Made by a program: the position numbers and the translations under genes. Positions 9,604 through 18,163 of a DNA stretch of 64,000 nucleotides are shown here, one piece after another. Positions within the stretch are counted from its first letter, which is position 1, and each line of letters opens with the position of its first letter. This DNA comes from a virus. Location: positions 1-64,000 of the IMG/VR virus record IMGVR_UViG_3300037258_000352, one strand, 5' to 3'. The notes beneath the pieces are model-generated. The model saw nothing but the letters and a program-made list of their open reading frames with translations. It was not told the origin of the DNA and ran no database searches.

Positions 9604-9733
9604 GTACTGTGGTCGGGTCGCACAGGTCGCGGGTTCAAATCCCGTCACCCTGCCCGGTGATCCGGGATGGTGTAGCGCAGCTCGGTAGCGCGGTGCGCGC
9701 GTGGGTACCTTCACCCGCTCGGGGGCCACGTGC
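9604..9733 (+). ncRNA. Circularly permuted tRNA-like RNA (YrlA/Y-RNA-like)
   Basis: T-arm GCGGG-TTCAAAT-CCCGT (9629-9645) lies 5' of D-arm GCGC-AGCTCGGTA-GCGC (9675-9691); acceptor-like stem closed by a TGAT loop; CGCAC 9619-23 pairs with GTGCG 9693-97; ends uncertain. Confidence 0.8.
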
Positions 9734-9745
9734 ATATGGGCGGGG

Positions 9746-10252
9746 CTAATCCCGGTCAGGTCCGAACTGGCCGGGACGCGCCCGACCGACCCACACGTCG
9801 ATGACCTGCTGCAGGTCGTCCCGCAAGTTCGCTGCGCTGTCCGGGACGGTCGGGGTGTACGTCGTCGTGAACCCCGACAGGTCGGGGCTGCTGCACGTTG
9901 ACCCGTCGGCCATGTGACGACCGATCCGCGCGTCGCCCATCTGGTGGGCAGCTTCTGGGCAGTTCTCGCAGCACAGTTCGCCGGGCGGTTCACAGTTCCG
10001 GCCGTGGTAGAAGCAACCGCACCCGTCCTTGACTCGGGCGACGACGAAACTCTCGTCTGGGTTGTTCGGGTCCCGGGTGATCGTCACCAGCAGGTCGGGG
10101 GTCGTGATCCGGATCGAGTGCCCACCACCGGGATACCCAGCGTCGGCGTTGTACGGGATCGGTCCGGTGATCGGGACACCGTCGCGGGTGAGTAGCCACG
10201 TCCCCCCGGCGACGTCCCCGATGATCTGGTACTCAGGGGTCACGTCGGTCAT
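9746..10252 (-). CDS. Cys-rich hypothetical protein
   Basis: RBS GAAAGGA before ATG 10252; CGC..C..CCxxC cluster. Confidence 0.7.
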   Translation of the reverse strand: MTDVTPEYQIIGDVAGGTWLLTRDGVPITGPIPYNADAGYPGGGHSIRITTPDLLVTITRDPNNPDESFVVARVKDGCGCFYHGRNCEPPGELCCENCPEAAHQMGDARIGRHMADGSTCSSPDLSGFTTTYTPTVPDSAANLRDDLQQVIDVWVGRARPGQFGPDRD

Positions 10253-10419
10253 CTGAGGGGTCCTTTCAGGATGTCGCGGTCCCGGTCGGCTTGGGTTGTG
10301 CCTTGACCGTCCCACCTGAAAAGCAACCCGATCATCCCTACAGCCCCCAGGCATGTGCCTAACACGACCAAGGCCCCGACCCAGTTGTTCGGTTCGATCA
10401 CTGCCAGTAGCGCGGTCAC
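10249..10419 (-). CDS. Small membrane protein
   Basis: One hydrophobic helix; coupled to neighbours. Confidence 0.6.
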   Translation of the reverse strand: MTALLAVIEPNNWVGALVVLGTCLGAVGMIGLLFRWDGQGTTQADRDRDILKGPLR

Positions 10420-10646
10420 GCGAGTGGCCACATCGCGGTGATCGGTCCTTCGACCGCGACTGGGATGTACCGCACCCCTGGGTCCGGTGGGCGTTGCCAG
10501 ACGAGGTTCACGGTCACTCCGTCCCGGTTGACGGCTCGCGCCGCCCACCCGATGTCGTTGCTGCGGAGCTCCATATAGCGGTAGGGCTCGGTCATTCGGT
10601 CGACGAGGGCCTCGATCACGGACGGGGTCAGGGGTAGTTCAGCCAC
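10416..10646 (-). CDS. Hypothetical protein
   Basis: GTG start just downstream of the tRNA-like RNA; coupled to next gene. Confidence 0.55.
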   Translation of the reverse strand: MAELPLTPSVIEALVDRMTEPYRYMELRSNDIGWAARAVNRDGVTVNLVWQRPPDPGVRYIPVAVEGPITAMWPLA

Positions 10647-10680
10647 TTGGCCAGTGTCCCATCGGCGCGGGCCGGTTCGG

Positions 10681-10800
10681 TGGAGCTGGCCGGGTGAGGG
10701 GATTTGAACCCCTGCGTCTGATGAGTTGCCCCCCATCAACGAACTTGAGCCTGTGAAGGCTCCCCGCTTCCGTTTGGCCGCTCCGGCACACCCGGCCAGC
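10681..10800 (-). ncRNA. Oversized tRNA-like RNA (120 nt) with 12-bp acceptor stem and encoded CCA
   Basis: GCTGGCCGGGTG/CACCCGGCCAGC + T + CCA; D-arm CCG-GAGCGGCCAAA-CGG; T-arm AGGGG-TTCAAAT-CCCCT; 7-bp variable arm; extended non-canonical anticodon arm; TACGCT -10 at 10807-10812. Confidence 0.8.
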
Positions 10801-11003
10801 GGGACGAGCGTAACCGGCAATCGCGTTTCCGTTACCACCGTCACTGACCGTGAGCCTAGGTTGATCGAATCGTAGGGGCACCGCCCCCAGGGTCACCGCG
10901 CTTAGCGCACCGATCCCCGGGCCGCTGGTGGTTCTTGGCCTAGCCGACACCCCTTAATCACACTCTCGTGTTTTCGTGTGCGCCCGGAAAGGCCCCCACT
11001 CAG

Positions 11004-13151
11004 ATGACAATTGAGCAGCTCAGAGAGCTGATCGAGCGCCTGCAGGCGGACGCCACGCAGGTCACCAGCGACGAACTCGCCCAGGCCCGGTCTTTCATCC
11101 GGGACCAGCGTAAGCACCTCGCGGAGCAACCCGCGTCGGATGACGTGATTACCGGGTTGGAGGAGCTCGGTACGTCTTTCAAGACGGTCAAGGGTGTGCA
11201 GGAGACCCGTTCTGCTGACGCCGCGAAGTTGGAGGAGACCCGCAGGGGTCTACTCGCGGACCTCGACGACGACGAGCCCCCCGCTGCTGCTGGTGCTGAG
11301 GGTGACGCGCCTACCGGTGACGCGCCGGCGGACACCCCACCGGTGGAGCCGACTGGTGACGACACCGGCCAGACCGCCCCGGAGATCCCCACGCAGGGCG
11401 CCCCTGCCGACGCTCCGGCCCCCACCGCGGACGCTGGTACCCAGGTTGATGCGCCCCTCGCGGTCGCTGCTGGTGGCGGCAACGTCCCAGCCCGCCGGGC
11501 CCCGATCGGTACGTTCCGCACCGGTGGCGGCAACACCCCGACCCAACGGCCAGCGGCGATGATCCAAACCGCGACGACCGCTGCCGGTGGAGCCCCCGGG
11601 TTCGTGCAGGGCCAGAAGATCAGCAGCACCGCTGAGCTTGCGCTCGCGGTCACCGCGCAGCTCCGCGCGATGTCCTCCGGTCGCGGTGGCACCGGGGAAA
11701 AGGTGTACGTCGCGAACACCGCGATCACCTACCCGGAGGAGCGGCAGCTCCGGTCGAAGGACTGGGTTGGGAACTTCAGCAAGATCGAAGCGGTCACCGG
11801 GGAGCAGGCCCTGGTGGCTGCTGGTGGGTTGTGCGCGCCACCTCAGACTCTGTACGACGTGCAGGTCATCGGGTCGGTGCGCCGGCCGATCCGGGACGCG
11901 CTCGCCCGGTTCCAGGTCGACCGTGGTGCGATCCAGTTCCGGCCCAACAGCTCGGCCGCGACCGCGTTGACCACCGGCACCGGTACTGGTGTCGACACGT
12001 GGACCGTGGAGCAGGACGCCTCAAGCTCGGGGGACACCAAGGGTTGTTATGTGGTGGACTGCCCGTCGCTGCAGGAAGCTGAGATCCAGGCCATTTACCT
12101 GTGCTTGGAGTTCAGCAACGTCACCGCCCGCTTCGACCCGGAGACCACCGCAGCCAACATTCAGCAGGGCATGATCGCCCACGCTCGGCGCGCGGAGAAC
12201 GAACTCCTCCGGCAACTGCAGCTCGGGTCGAAGGTCTTGTCCGGTGCGCAGGTCGTCGGTGCGTCCCGCGACATCCTCGTCTATTTGGACAAGGCCGTCG
12301 CCTACTACCGCAACCGGCACCGCATCGACACCACCGTCACCCTCACGTTGCTGCTGCCCGCGTGGGTGCTGTACGAGATGCGGTCGGACCTGGCCCGTCA
12401 GATGGCTGCGGGGGACTGGGCCTCAGCCTTGTCGGTGTCCGACGCGATGATCATGGCGTGGTTCGGTGAGCGGGGCGTCAACGCCGTCTTCCATTTAGAC
12501 GGTGGCATCGGTGGCGTCAACGAGGTCCAAACCCTCACCGTGACCGGTACCCCCACCGGCGGTAGCTACACGTTGACGTTCAACGGGCAAACCACCGGCG
12601 CGATCCCGTACAACGCTGCAGTAGCGGACGTGCGGACCGCGTTGGAGGCCCTGTCGAACATCCAATTCGGGTCCGTCGCCGTCGCTGGTGGACCACACCC
12701 GGGGACCGCGATCACCGTCGCGTTCGGTGGTGACTACGCCGAGACCGACGTCCCGCAGATGACGGCCACCGGCTCGTTCACCGGTGGCTCCTCACCGGCG
12801 ATCGCGGTGACCACCACGACCACATCGTCTCTGACCAGCGTCGTCAACGGGGTGTCCATCGCGTCGCAGGTGTACGCCAACGCCGCCGCCGGGGCCGCGA
12901 TCCCGAACTACCCAGCGCAGATCGATGCGCTGCTGTTCGTGACCGGCACCAAGCTGTTCCTCGACGGCGGGAACCTCGACCTCGGGCTCGTCCGGGACTC
13001 CTCACTGAACTCCAGGAACCGTTACCGGCAGTTCTCCGAGACGTTTGAGGGCGTCGCTGACCGCGGTATCGAGAACCTGCGGCTCGTCCTGTCCGTCGTG
13101 CCCAACGGTTCCACCGTCGGCACGGTCAGCCCGTCCAGCGTCACTTCCTAA
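11004..13151 (+). CDS. Major capsid (hexamer-type) protein with N-terminal scaffold-like region and an inserted beta domain
   Basis: Coiled-coil/acidic N-terminus, ALVAAGGLCAPxxTLYD motif, LDLGLVRDSxLNxxNxYxxFxETFE C-terminus typical of cluster-B-like capsids; RBS GGAAAGG. Confidence 0.85.
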   Translation: MTIEQLRELIERLQADATQVTSDELAQARSFIRDQRKHLAEQPASDDVITGLEELGTSFKTVKGVQETRSADAAKLEETRRGLLADLDDDEPPAAAGAEGDAPTGDAPADTPPVEPTGDDTGQTAPEIPTQGAPADAPAPTADAGTQVDAPLAVAAGGGNVPARRAPIGTFRTGGGNTPTQRPAAMIQTATTAAGGAPGFVQGQKISSTAELALAVTAQLRAMSSGRGGTGEKVYVANTAITYPEERQLRSKDWVGNFSKIEAVTGEQALVAAGGLCAPPQTLYDVQVIGSVRRPIRDALARFQVDRGAIQFRPNSSAATALTTGTGTGVDTWTVEQDASSSGDTKGCYVVDCPSLQEAEIQAIYLCLEFSNVTARFDPETTAANIQQGMIAHARRAENELLRQLQLGSKVLSGAQVVGASRDILVYLDKAVAYYRNRHRIDTTVTLTLLLPAWVLYEMRSDLARQMAAGDWASALSVSDAMIMAWFGERGVNAVFHLDGGIGGVNEVQTLTVTGTPTGGSYTLTFNGQTTGAIPYNAAVADVRTALEALSNIQFGSVAVAGGPHPGTAITVAFGGDYAETDVPQMTATGSFTGGSSPAIAVTTTTTSSLTSVVNGVSIASQVYANAAAGAAIPNYPAQIDALLFVTGTKLFLDGGNLDLGLVRDSSLNSRNRYRQFSETFEGVADRGIENLRLVLSVVPNGSTVGTVSPSSVTS

Positions 13152-13167
13152 TTCCGGATAGGCGACT

Positions 13168-13992
13168 GTGTTCGAGCCTGTACAGGGGGTCCTGGCCGCA
13201 CCACCAACGACCGGGTTGGTGGTGTCGGCTGGGCCCGCACCCGACGACGGAGCCCGCTGGGAACAAGGGTTCTCGTGGGTCCCCGAGCGGTGCGGGGAGG
13301 TGTACCAACTCGTCCCGTGGTGCACCACCAGCAACCCCGACTCCTACACCCCACCCCGCTACGGTGGCGCGTTCTACCGGCCACCGGGGGTGAGGTTCGC
13401 TGACCAGTGCTCCACCCTCGGTGGCGCGTTGGACACCGAACGGCTCCAACGGATCGCGGAGGCCACGACCCCGTTCGTCGTCGCGCGGGAGTTATGGGAC
13501 GGGGTCCTGTCCCAAACCGACTCGTGGACCATCCAAGGCCAAACCCACACCAACGCTTACCTCGCGTCCCCGTCCGCGACGACGGTCACCAGTTCAGCGA
13601 CGGTCCTGCGGGATTCGCTCGCGGCGTTGGAGCAGGCCGCGGTCGAAGCCGCGCAAGGCCAACGGATCATGCTGCACCTGCCCACCATGGTCACCGGGTC
13701 GCTCACGGAGTACGTCCGCCGCGTCGGGCAGGACCTCGTCACCCGCCAAGACAACCTCGTCGTCGTCGACGCCGGCTACCCCGGGACGGGCCCCAACGGG
13801 GAAGACGTCGGTGCTACCGCGTGGGCCTACGCCACGAGCATGGTCCAGGTCCGCCAGTCCGATTTGGAGATCATCACCGCGCCGGGTCAAACGGTGGACC
13901 GGGCCACCAACACCGTCACCGCGTGGGCCGAACGCGTCTTCGCGGCGAGCTACGACCCGTGCGTCCACTTCGCCATTGAGATCACGATTTAG
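13168..13992 (+). CDS. Putative capsid pentamer/minor capsid protein
   Basis: Size, position after the major capsid gene, and GYPG...N....AERxFAAxYDPC C-terminus resemble cluster-B-like pentamer proteins. Confidence 0.65.
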   Translation: MFEPVQGVLAAPPTTGLVVSAGPAPDDGARWEQGFSWVPERCGEVYQLVPWCTTSNPDSYTPPRYGGAFYRPPGVRFADQCSTLGGALDTERLQRIAEATTPFVVARELWDGVLSQTDSWTIQGQTHTNAYLASPSATTVTSSATVLRDSLAALEQAAVEAAQGQRIMLHLPTMVTGSLTEYVRRVGQDLVTRQDNLVVVDAGYPGTGPNGEDVGATAWAYATSMVQVRQSDLEIITAPGQTVDRATNTVTAWAERVFAASYDPCVHFAIEITI

Positions 13993-14007
13993 GGAGTAGG
14001 GCCGACG

Positions 14008-14979
14008 ATGTCAGGTCAGTACGACGACGCGGGGACACTGTTCGCGCTGGGATTGCGGCTCACGAAACTCGATGTTGACGGCTCCCCCCTATCCGGGGAC
14101 CAGAACTGTTACGTCACCGACTCCCTCGTGTCGATGGGCGCCGGCCTGAACTTCACCAGCAACAAGGTCGTGGAGCAGGTCAACGGCCGCGGTCAAACCT
14201 GCGTGTCCTACCAGGCCCCCGACACCCTGCAGTCCGCGTCTATCAGCCCGTTGCAGGTGTGTGTCCCCGACCCCAACATTCTCGGGTTCCTTATCGGTGG
14301 GGACGTGATCCTGACCCCGTCGGAGGTACAGTCCCTCACGATCACCGGTGGCCCCACCGGGGGAACGTTCACCCTCACCTATTCCGGGCAGACCACCGCG
14401 ACGATCGCGTACAACGCCGCCGCTAGCGCGGTCCAAACCGCTTTGGAAGCCCTGTCGAACATTGACCCCGGGGACGTGACCTGCACAGGTGGCCCACTCC
14501 CCGGGACCCCCGTTGTGATCACCTTCGGGGGGCAGTTCGCGGGGACTGACGTCACCGAGATCACCACCTCGTCCGGATCACTGACCGGGGGCACCACCCC
14601 AACCGCAGCGATCTCCACCACCACCCCCGGTGGGACCGGCAACGCCATCGGGTGGCGCGCACCGCAAGTCAACGTCGTCCCCGTCCCCAACGGCGTCGCG
14701 ATCGAAGCGTGGGCCAACGCGATCGTTGACAACGCTGTCGCCTCAGTCCTCCCGTACTGGCACTTCATCTGGCCCCGAGTCCGATTGACCCTGTCGAAAT
14801 CGTTCACGTTGGACGCGGCGACCGTGTCGATCCCAGAGTTCGATGGGACCGCGGAGCAGAACGGGAACTTCGGGACCGGCCCCGTCGGGGACATCACCAT
14901 CCCCACCGACCGCTGCTGGCAGTTCGTGCGGGAAGCTGTGGACGTGACCGCGACACCCGGCTTCATAACCGTCACCTAG
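14008..14979 (+). CDS. Major tail (tube) protein with an inserted beta domain
   Basis: LRLTKLDxDG...CV..NGxGxxCV...YWHFIWP; synteny. Confidence 0.75.
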   Translation: MSGQYDDAGTLFALGLRLTKLDVDGSPLSGDQNCYVTDSLVSMGAGLNFTSNKVVEQVNGRGQTCVSYQAPDTLQSASISPLQVCVPDPNILGFLIGGDVILTPSEVQSLTITGGPTGGTFTLTYSGQTTATIAYNAAASAVQTALEALSNIDPGDVTCTGGPLPGTPVVITFGGQFAGTDVTEITTSSGSLTGGTTPTAAISTTTPGGTGNAIGWRAPQVNVVPVPNGVAIEAWANAIVDNAVASVLPYWHFIWPRVRLTLSKSFTLDAATVSIPEFDGTAEQNGNFGTGPVGDITIPTDRCWQFVREAVDVTATPGFITVT

Positions 14980-14990
14980 AGTCGCGTCTC

Positions 14991-15728
14991 GTGACGGCAC
15001 CGCAACCAACGGACCCACCCCTGGTCGATGGGGTGTGCTTGGCGTGGGCGCAGGTGAAGGAACTCCCCGTCGAGGTCCAAGAACTCCACACCGAGGGGAC
15101 GTGGTGTTCGATCCTGGGGTTCACCAGCGACATCCTGTGGGCCGCGTCCGGTCGGCGGTGGCGGAACACGTCGGCGACGGAGACCGTGACGTTGGACCCG
15201 GCCGCGCCGGGGTGCGCGCCGGTGCTGTGGCCAGCGTCGGGGTACCGGTTCGGGTACGGGTGGCCCATCTTCACGAGACCCGGCCAACCCCACCGTGTTC
15301 GCCTACCCCGCCCCGACGTCACCGAAGTCACCAGCGTCGTCCTCGACGGGGTCCCGTTCACGGCGTGGCGGGTGTCCGGGAACTGGCTGATCCGCACCGA
15401 CCACCGTGGGTGGCCGATGTGCAACACCACCCTGGTCACCTACACCTACGGGAAACCAGTCCCGGCCGGTGGGCGGCTCGCCGCGATCGTCCTCGCGACG
15501 GAGCTGGGGAAAGCGTGCGCGGGGAAAGCGTGCGCGCTCCCCACCCGCGTGACCAGCGTGACGAGGCAGGGTGTCACGTTCACCGCGCTGGAGTCGTTGG
15601 AGATCCTGAAAGAGGACCTCGTTGGGGTCCACTCCGTTGATCTGTGGCTGCGGAAGGTGAACCCCGGGCAAGTCACCCGGGGTGCGCAGGTGTGGTCCCC
15701 GGACCTGATCGAAGCGAGGAGAACCTGA
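14991..15728 (+). CDS. Head-to-tail adaptor
   Basis: ILWAASGR...LAxELxKAC...CALPxRVTSVTRQGV...VDLWL..VNP, typical actinophage adaptor. Confidence 0.8.
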   Translation: MTAPQPTDPPLVDGVCLAWAQVKELPVEVQELHTEGTWCSILGFTSDILWAASGRRWRNTSATETVTLDPAAPGCAPVLWPASGYRFGYGWPIFTRPGQPHRVRLPRPDVTEVTSVVLDGVPFTAWRVSGNWLIRTDHRGWPMCNTTLVTYTYGKPVPAGGRLAAIVLATELGKACAGKACALPTRVTSVTRQGVTFTALESLEILKEDLVGVHSVDLWLRKVNPGQVTRGAQVWSPDLIEARRT

Positions 15729-16027
15729 TGGTCAACGTCCGGACCCACGACCCCTACTCCCCGCACCTGGTGGGCGACGCTGATCCGGATCCGTTCGCGC
15801 CGAAGCAACCGGTGATCCCCGGCCGGCACCCCGCACCACCGGTGACCCAACCCCCCGTCGAGGACCCCACCCCCGACCCCGACCAGGTCGAGTTGGGGGA
15901 CGGGCTCGAGGATGAACTGAAAACAAACCTAGTAGACCTCGCCGCGCAGATGGGTCTCCCCACCAGCGGGACGAAAGCGGACCTGATAGACCGGATCCGC
16001 ACGGACCGCGCCAACAGCCCGGGATGA
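15728..16027 (+). CDS. SAP-domain small protein
   Basis: LKxNLVDLAAQMGLPTSGTKADLIDRI. Confidence 0.75.
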   Translation: MVNVRTHDPYSPHLVGDADPDPFAPKQPVIPGRHPAPPVTQPPVEDPTPDPDQVELGDGLEDELKTNLVDLAAQMGLPTSGTKADLIDRIRTDRANSPG

Positions 16028-16557
16028 CCGCCGGTCAGTACATCGACGTCCCCGGAATCGCCCGGACCGTCCTCGACGGTGTCGTCGCCCACTTCGCGGG
16101 CAGCTCGATACAACTCCCCGGCCGGCGGCTCATCGCACCCGGTGACACCAGGGCGGTCGCGTGGGACTGCGAGGGCGTCACAGTTACTTGCGGGGGCATC
16201 GTGTGGGGGCAAGGCCCCGGTGTGTCCGCGAGCGTCGGCCGCGGCACCGGCAACCCCGTGAGTGTGGGGGCCCGGTACGCCGTGTTCAGCGTCCAGATCG
16301 TGAGGTCTACCGCAGAGGTGGAACACGACGGGATCGACCCACCCCCCGCAGGTGACCTCACCAAGGCTGGGCTCGCGTTGATGATCGACGCGGGGATGCT
16401 GTCCCAAGCCCTCGTCGAGTTGTGCGGGAAAGGTGGCCCACTGTCCCGCGCGGGGATGGCCACCGCTGGGGATGTGGTGTTCCTTGGGCCGTCGGGGATG
16501 TTCGCCGCGTCGGAAGGGCACCTGTCGGTCACCGCCGCAGCGATCAAGGCAGGATAA
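16024..16557 (+). CDS. Putative tail terminator/neck protein
   Basis: Synteny; VAWDC motif. Confidence 0.55.
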   Translation: MTAGQYIDVPGIARTVLDGVVAHFAGSSIQLPGRRLIAPGDTRAVAWDCEGVTVTCGGIVWGQGPGVSASVGRGTGNPVSVGARYAVFSVQIVRSTAEVEHDGIDPPPAGDLTKAGLALMIDAGMLSQALVELCGKGGPLSRAGMATAGDVVFLGPSGMFAASEGHLSVTAAAIKAG

Positions 16558-16562
16558 CCCGT

Positions 16563-16742
16563 ATGGCCACCCCCCACGCGGAACTCCCCACCAACTTCGC
16601 GGTGACGTGCCAAACGTGCGCGGTCGTGATCTGGCAGGGTTCTCATGTGGTGGAAGACGACGGTCTGGTCCTCCTCAACGCCTACTCCGATGTGGCCTGC
16701 CGCCGCCCGGACTGCCCCCACAAGACACCCGCACCGGCCTGA
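16563..16742 (+). CDS. Small Cys-rich protein
   Basis: CQTC...CRRPDCPH. Confidence 0.55.
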   Translation: MATPHAELPTNFAVTCQTCAVVIWQGSHVVEDDGLVLLNAYSDVACRRPDCPHKTPAPA

Positions 16743-16744
16743 AA

Positions 16745-17158
16745 ATGACTGTTCGCGCGGAGTACGAGGGCGACAAGGTCGATCAGACCGCGATCCGGGA
16801 CGAGTTCCGGGCCCAAGACGGCCCCGTCGGTCGCGAACTGGACCGGATGCAGCAACTCGTCCTCAACCAATCCCGGCACCTAGTCCGAGTCCGGACGGGG
16901 ACGCTGATCGCGTCGATCCGCCCAGAATCCGGGGTCAACGAGTTAGGCCCCTACCGGGACGTCGTCGCTGGTGTTCCCGGTCTCACCACCTACCTCGGGT
17001 ACGAACACGACGGGACCGAACCTCACATGATCTACCCATCGCGGCGGAAGTACCTCCGGTTCATCCAGAACGGGCAGGTCCGGTTCGCGCGGAAAGTTAG
17101 CCATCCCGGCACCACGGGAAGCTACTTCCTGACCCGCGCGCTGGACGTCCTGAAATGA
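16745..17158 (+). CDS. HK97 gp10-like neck/tail-completion protein
   Basis: VRTGTLxxSI...YEHDGTEPH...V.HPGT...FL..AL. Confidence 0.75.
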   Translation: MTVRAEYEGDKVDQTAIRDEFRAQDGPVGRELDRMQQLVLNQSRHLVRVRTGTLIASIRPESGVNELGPYRDVVAGVPGLTTYLGYEHDGTEPHMIYPSRRKYLRFIQNGQVRFARKVSHPGTTGSYFLTRALDVLK

Positions 17159-17397
17159 CGAGGGAGACCGCGATGAGTCACGTCACCACCGATGACCTCA
17201 GGAAATGGATCCCGTCGGATCTCCCTGACGCGTTCGCGGAGGTCCTTAACCAGCTCCCGTCCCGCCGGCGTCGCCGGAAACTGATCCGGACCACGGTCCT
17301 CGTGTCCGTTCTCGCGGTGGTCGCTGGCCTGGTCGCGGTGATGGTGCAGATCCCGACTCTGCCCGGTGGGCAACCCGGGACCGACGACGAGGTTTGA
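17155..17397 (+). CDS. Small membrane protein
   Basis: Basic patch followed by one TM helix. Confidence 0.6.
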   Translation: MTRETAMSHVTTDDLRKWIPSDLPDAFAEVLNQLPSRRRRRKLIRTTVLVSVLAVVAGLVAVMVQIPTLPGGQPGTDDEV

Positions 17398-17612
17398 CCG
17401 TCGCTCTCCCGAAGGTCCCTCCAGCGTTCTACCGCAGGCTCCACGCGTTCGGGACGGTGGCGTGGCTGGTCCTGATGTACCCCACCATCCGTTGGTGGCA
17501 TGACTCGGTCCTTTTTGTCGGGTTAGTGTCTTGTTATGCCAATGCTGTTGGCCACTTTTCGGCCTACCAGGGGACCCGCGCGGAGGCCGCGAACAACGGA
17601 GACGCCCCGTAA
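17394..17612 (+). CDS. Small membrane protein
   Basis: Two hydrophobic segments. Confidence 0.6.
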   Translation: MTVALPKVPPAFYRRLHAFGTVAWLVLMYPTIRWWHDSVLFVGLVSCYANAVGHFSAYQGTRAEAANNGDAP

Positions 17613-17634
17613 CACTCGGCCAGCGCGTAGCGAT
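17609..17634 (+). promoter_or_regulatory. GTAAC-N17-CGAT promoter motif (ECF/SigD-like), copy 1 of 10
   Basis: Other copies: + 20150-20175, 52544-52569; - 36768-36793, 38172-38197, 41078-41103, 41689-41714, 42255-42280, 43719-43744, 44515-44540. Confidence 0.8.
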
Positions 17635-17681
17635 ACACCTCATGTACGGCACACCAACGACATGAGAGGACGGCACACCGA

Positions 17682-17849
17682 ATGTTCCGTGCGTTGCGCC
17701 CGAAGCGGATCCTCCGCAGGGCCCGGAGGCGCACCACCCGCAAGGCCCTCGCGGTCGGCACGCTGGGTGTATCGGTCCTGTGGACCGCACCGAGGACCGC
17801 TCGGGCCCGGGTACGCAACGCCACGCGGATCCGGCCATGGTGGTTGTAA
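17682..17849 (+). CDS. Small Arg-rich protein (55 aa)
   Basis: Not in ORF track; follows the promoter motif and GAGAGGA RBS; MFRALRPKRILRRARRR... Confidence 0.55.
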   Translation: MFRALRPKRILRRARRRTTRKALAVGTLGVSVLWTAPRTARARVRNATRIRPWWL

Positions 17850-17929
17850 CCCCCTGCCGGAGCTGAGGCTGAGGGCAGAGGGATCGGTCCGACGCGGTTC
17901 ATCGGTTAACGGGGTGATATGGTAACCGT

Positions 17930-18163
17930 ATGACTAATGAACCGCCGCGTACCTTGGAAGATCTGCGACGTGTGACCGACCCGGTCGCCAGAGCCAAGGC
18001 AGCGCGGAGCTACGTAGACCAACGGAATGTGGCCATCGCCGAAGCGTTGAGTATCCGCGACGCAGCGATCCGGGAGTTACTGCGGACCGACGGCCCGTCG
18101 GCTGTCAGTCGTCGCTGCGACGTCAGCCTGTCCACCGTCAAACTCGCCAGGGGCCGACGGTGA
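17930..18163 (+). CDS. Small helix-turn-helix protein
   Basis: PSAVSRRCDVSLSTVK HTH at the C-terminus. Confidence 0.7.
   Translation: MTNEPPRTLEDLRRVTDPVARAKAARSYVDQRNVAIAEALSIRDAAIRELLRTDGPSAVSRRCDVSLSTVKLARGRR

Noticed and set aside
9617-9702. Permuted gene maturing into a functional tRNA-Pro-like tRNA
   Set aside because: Rejoined loop would lack U33, and the acceptor has mismatches and no CCA; a mimic is more plausible
10718-10744. Hammerhead-like CTGATGA-GTTG..CAAC-GAA on the plus strand
   Set aside because: Core reads GAAC rather than GAAA and no stems I/III can be formed; it is the antisense of the tRNA-like variable arm
10745-10765. UCA triplet suggesting tRNA-Sec or an opal suppressor
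   Set aside because: Pairing gives a 4-6 nt loop on an over-long arm, not a 7-nt anticodon loop; no sel genes seen
17564-17902. Minus-strand 112-aa ORF
   Set aside because: The plus-strand 17682-17849 ORF has the regulon promoter and an RBS; the minus ORF is likely its shadow
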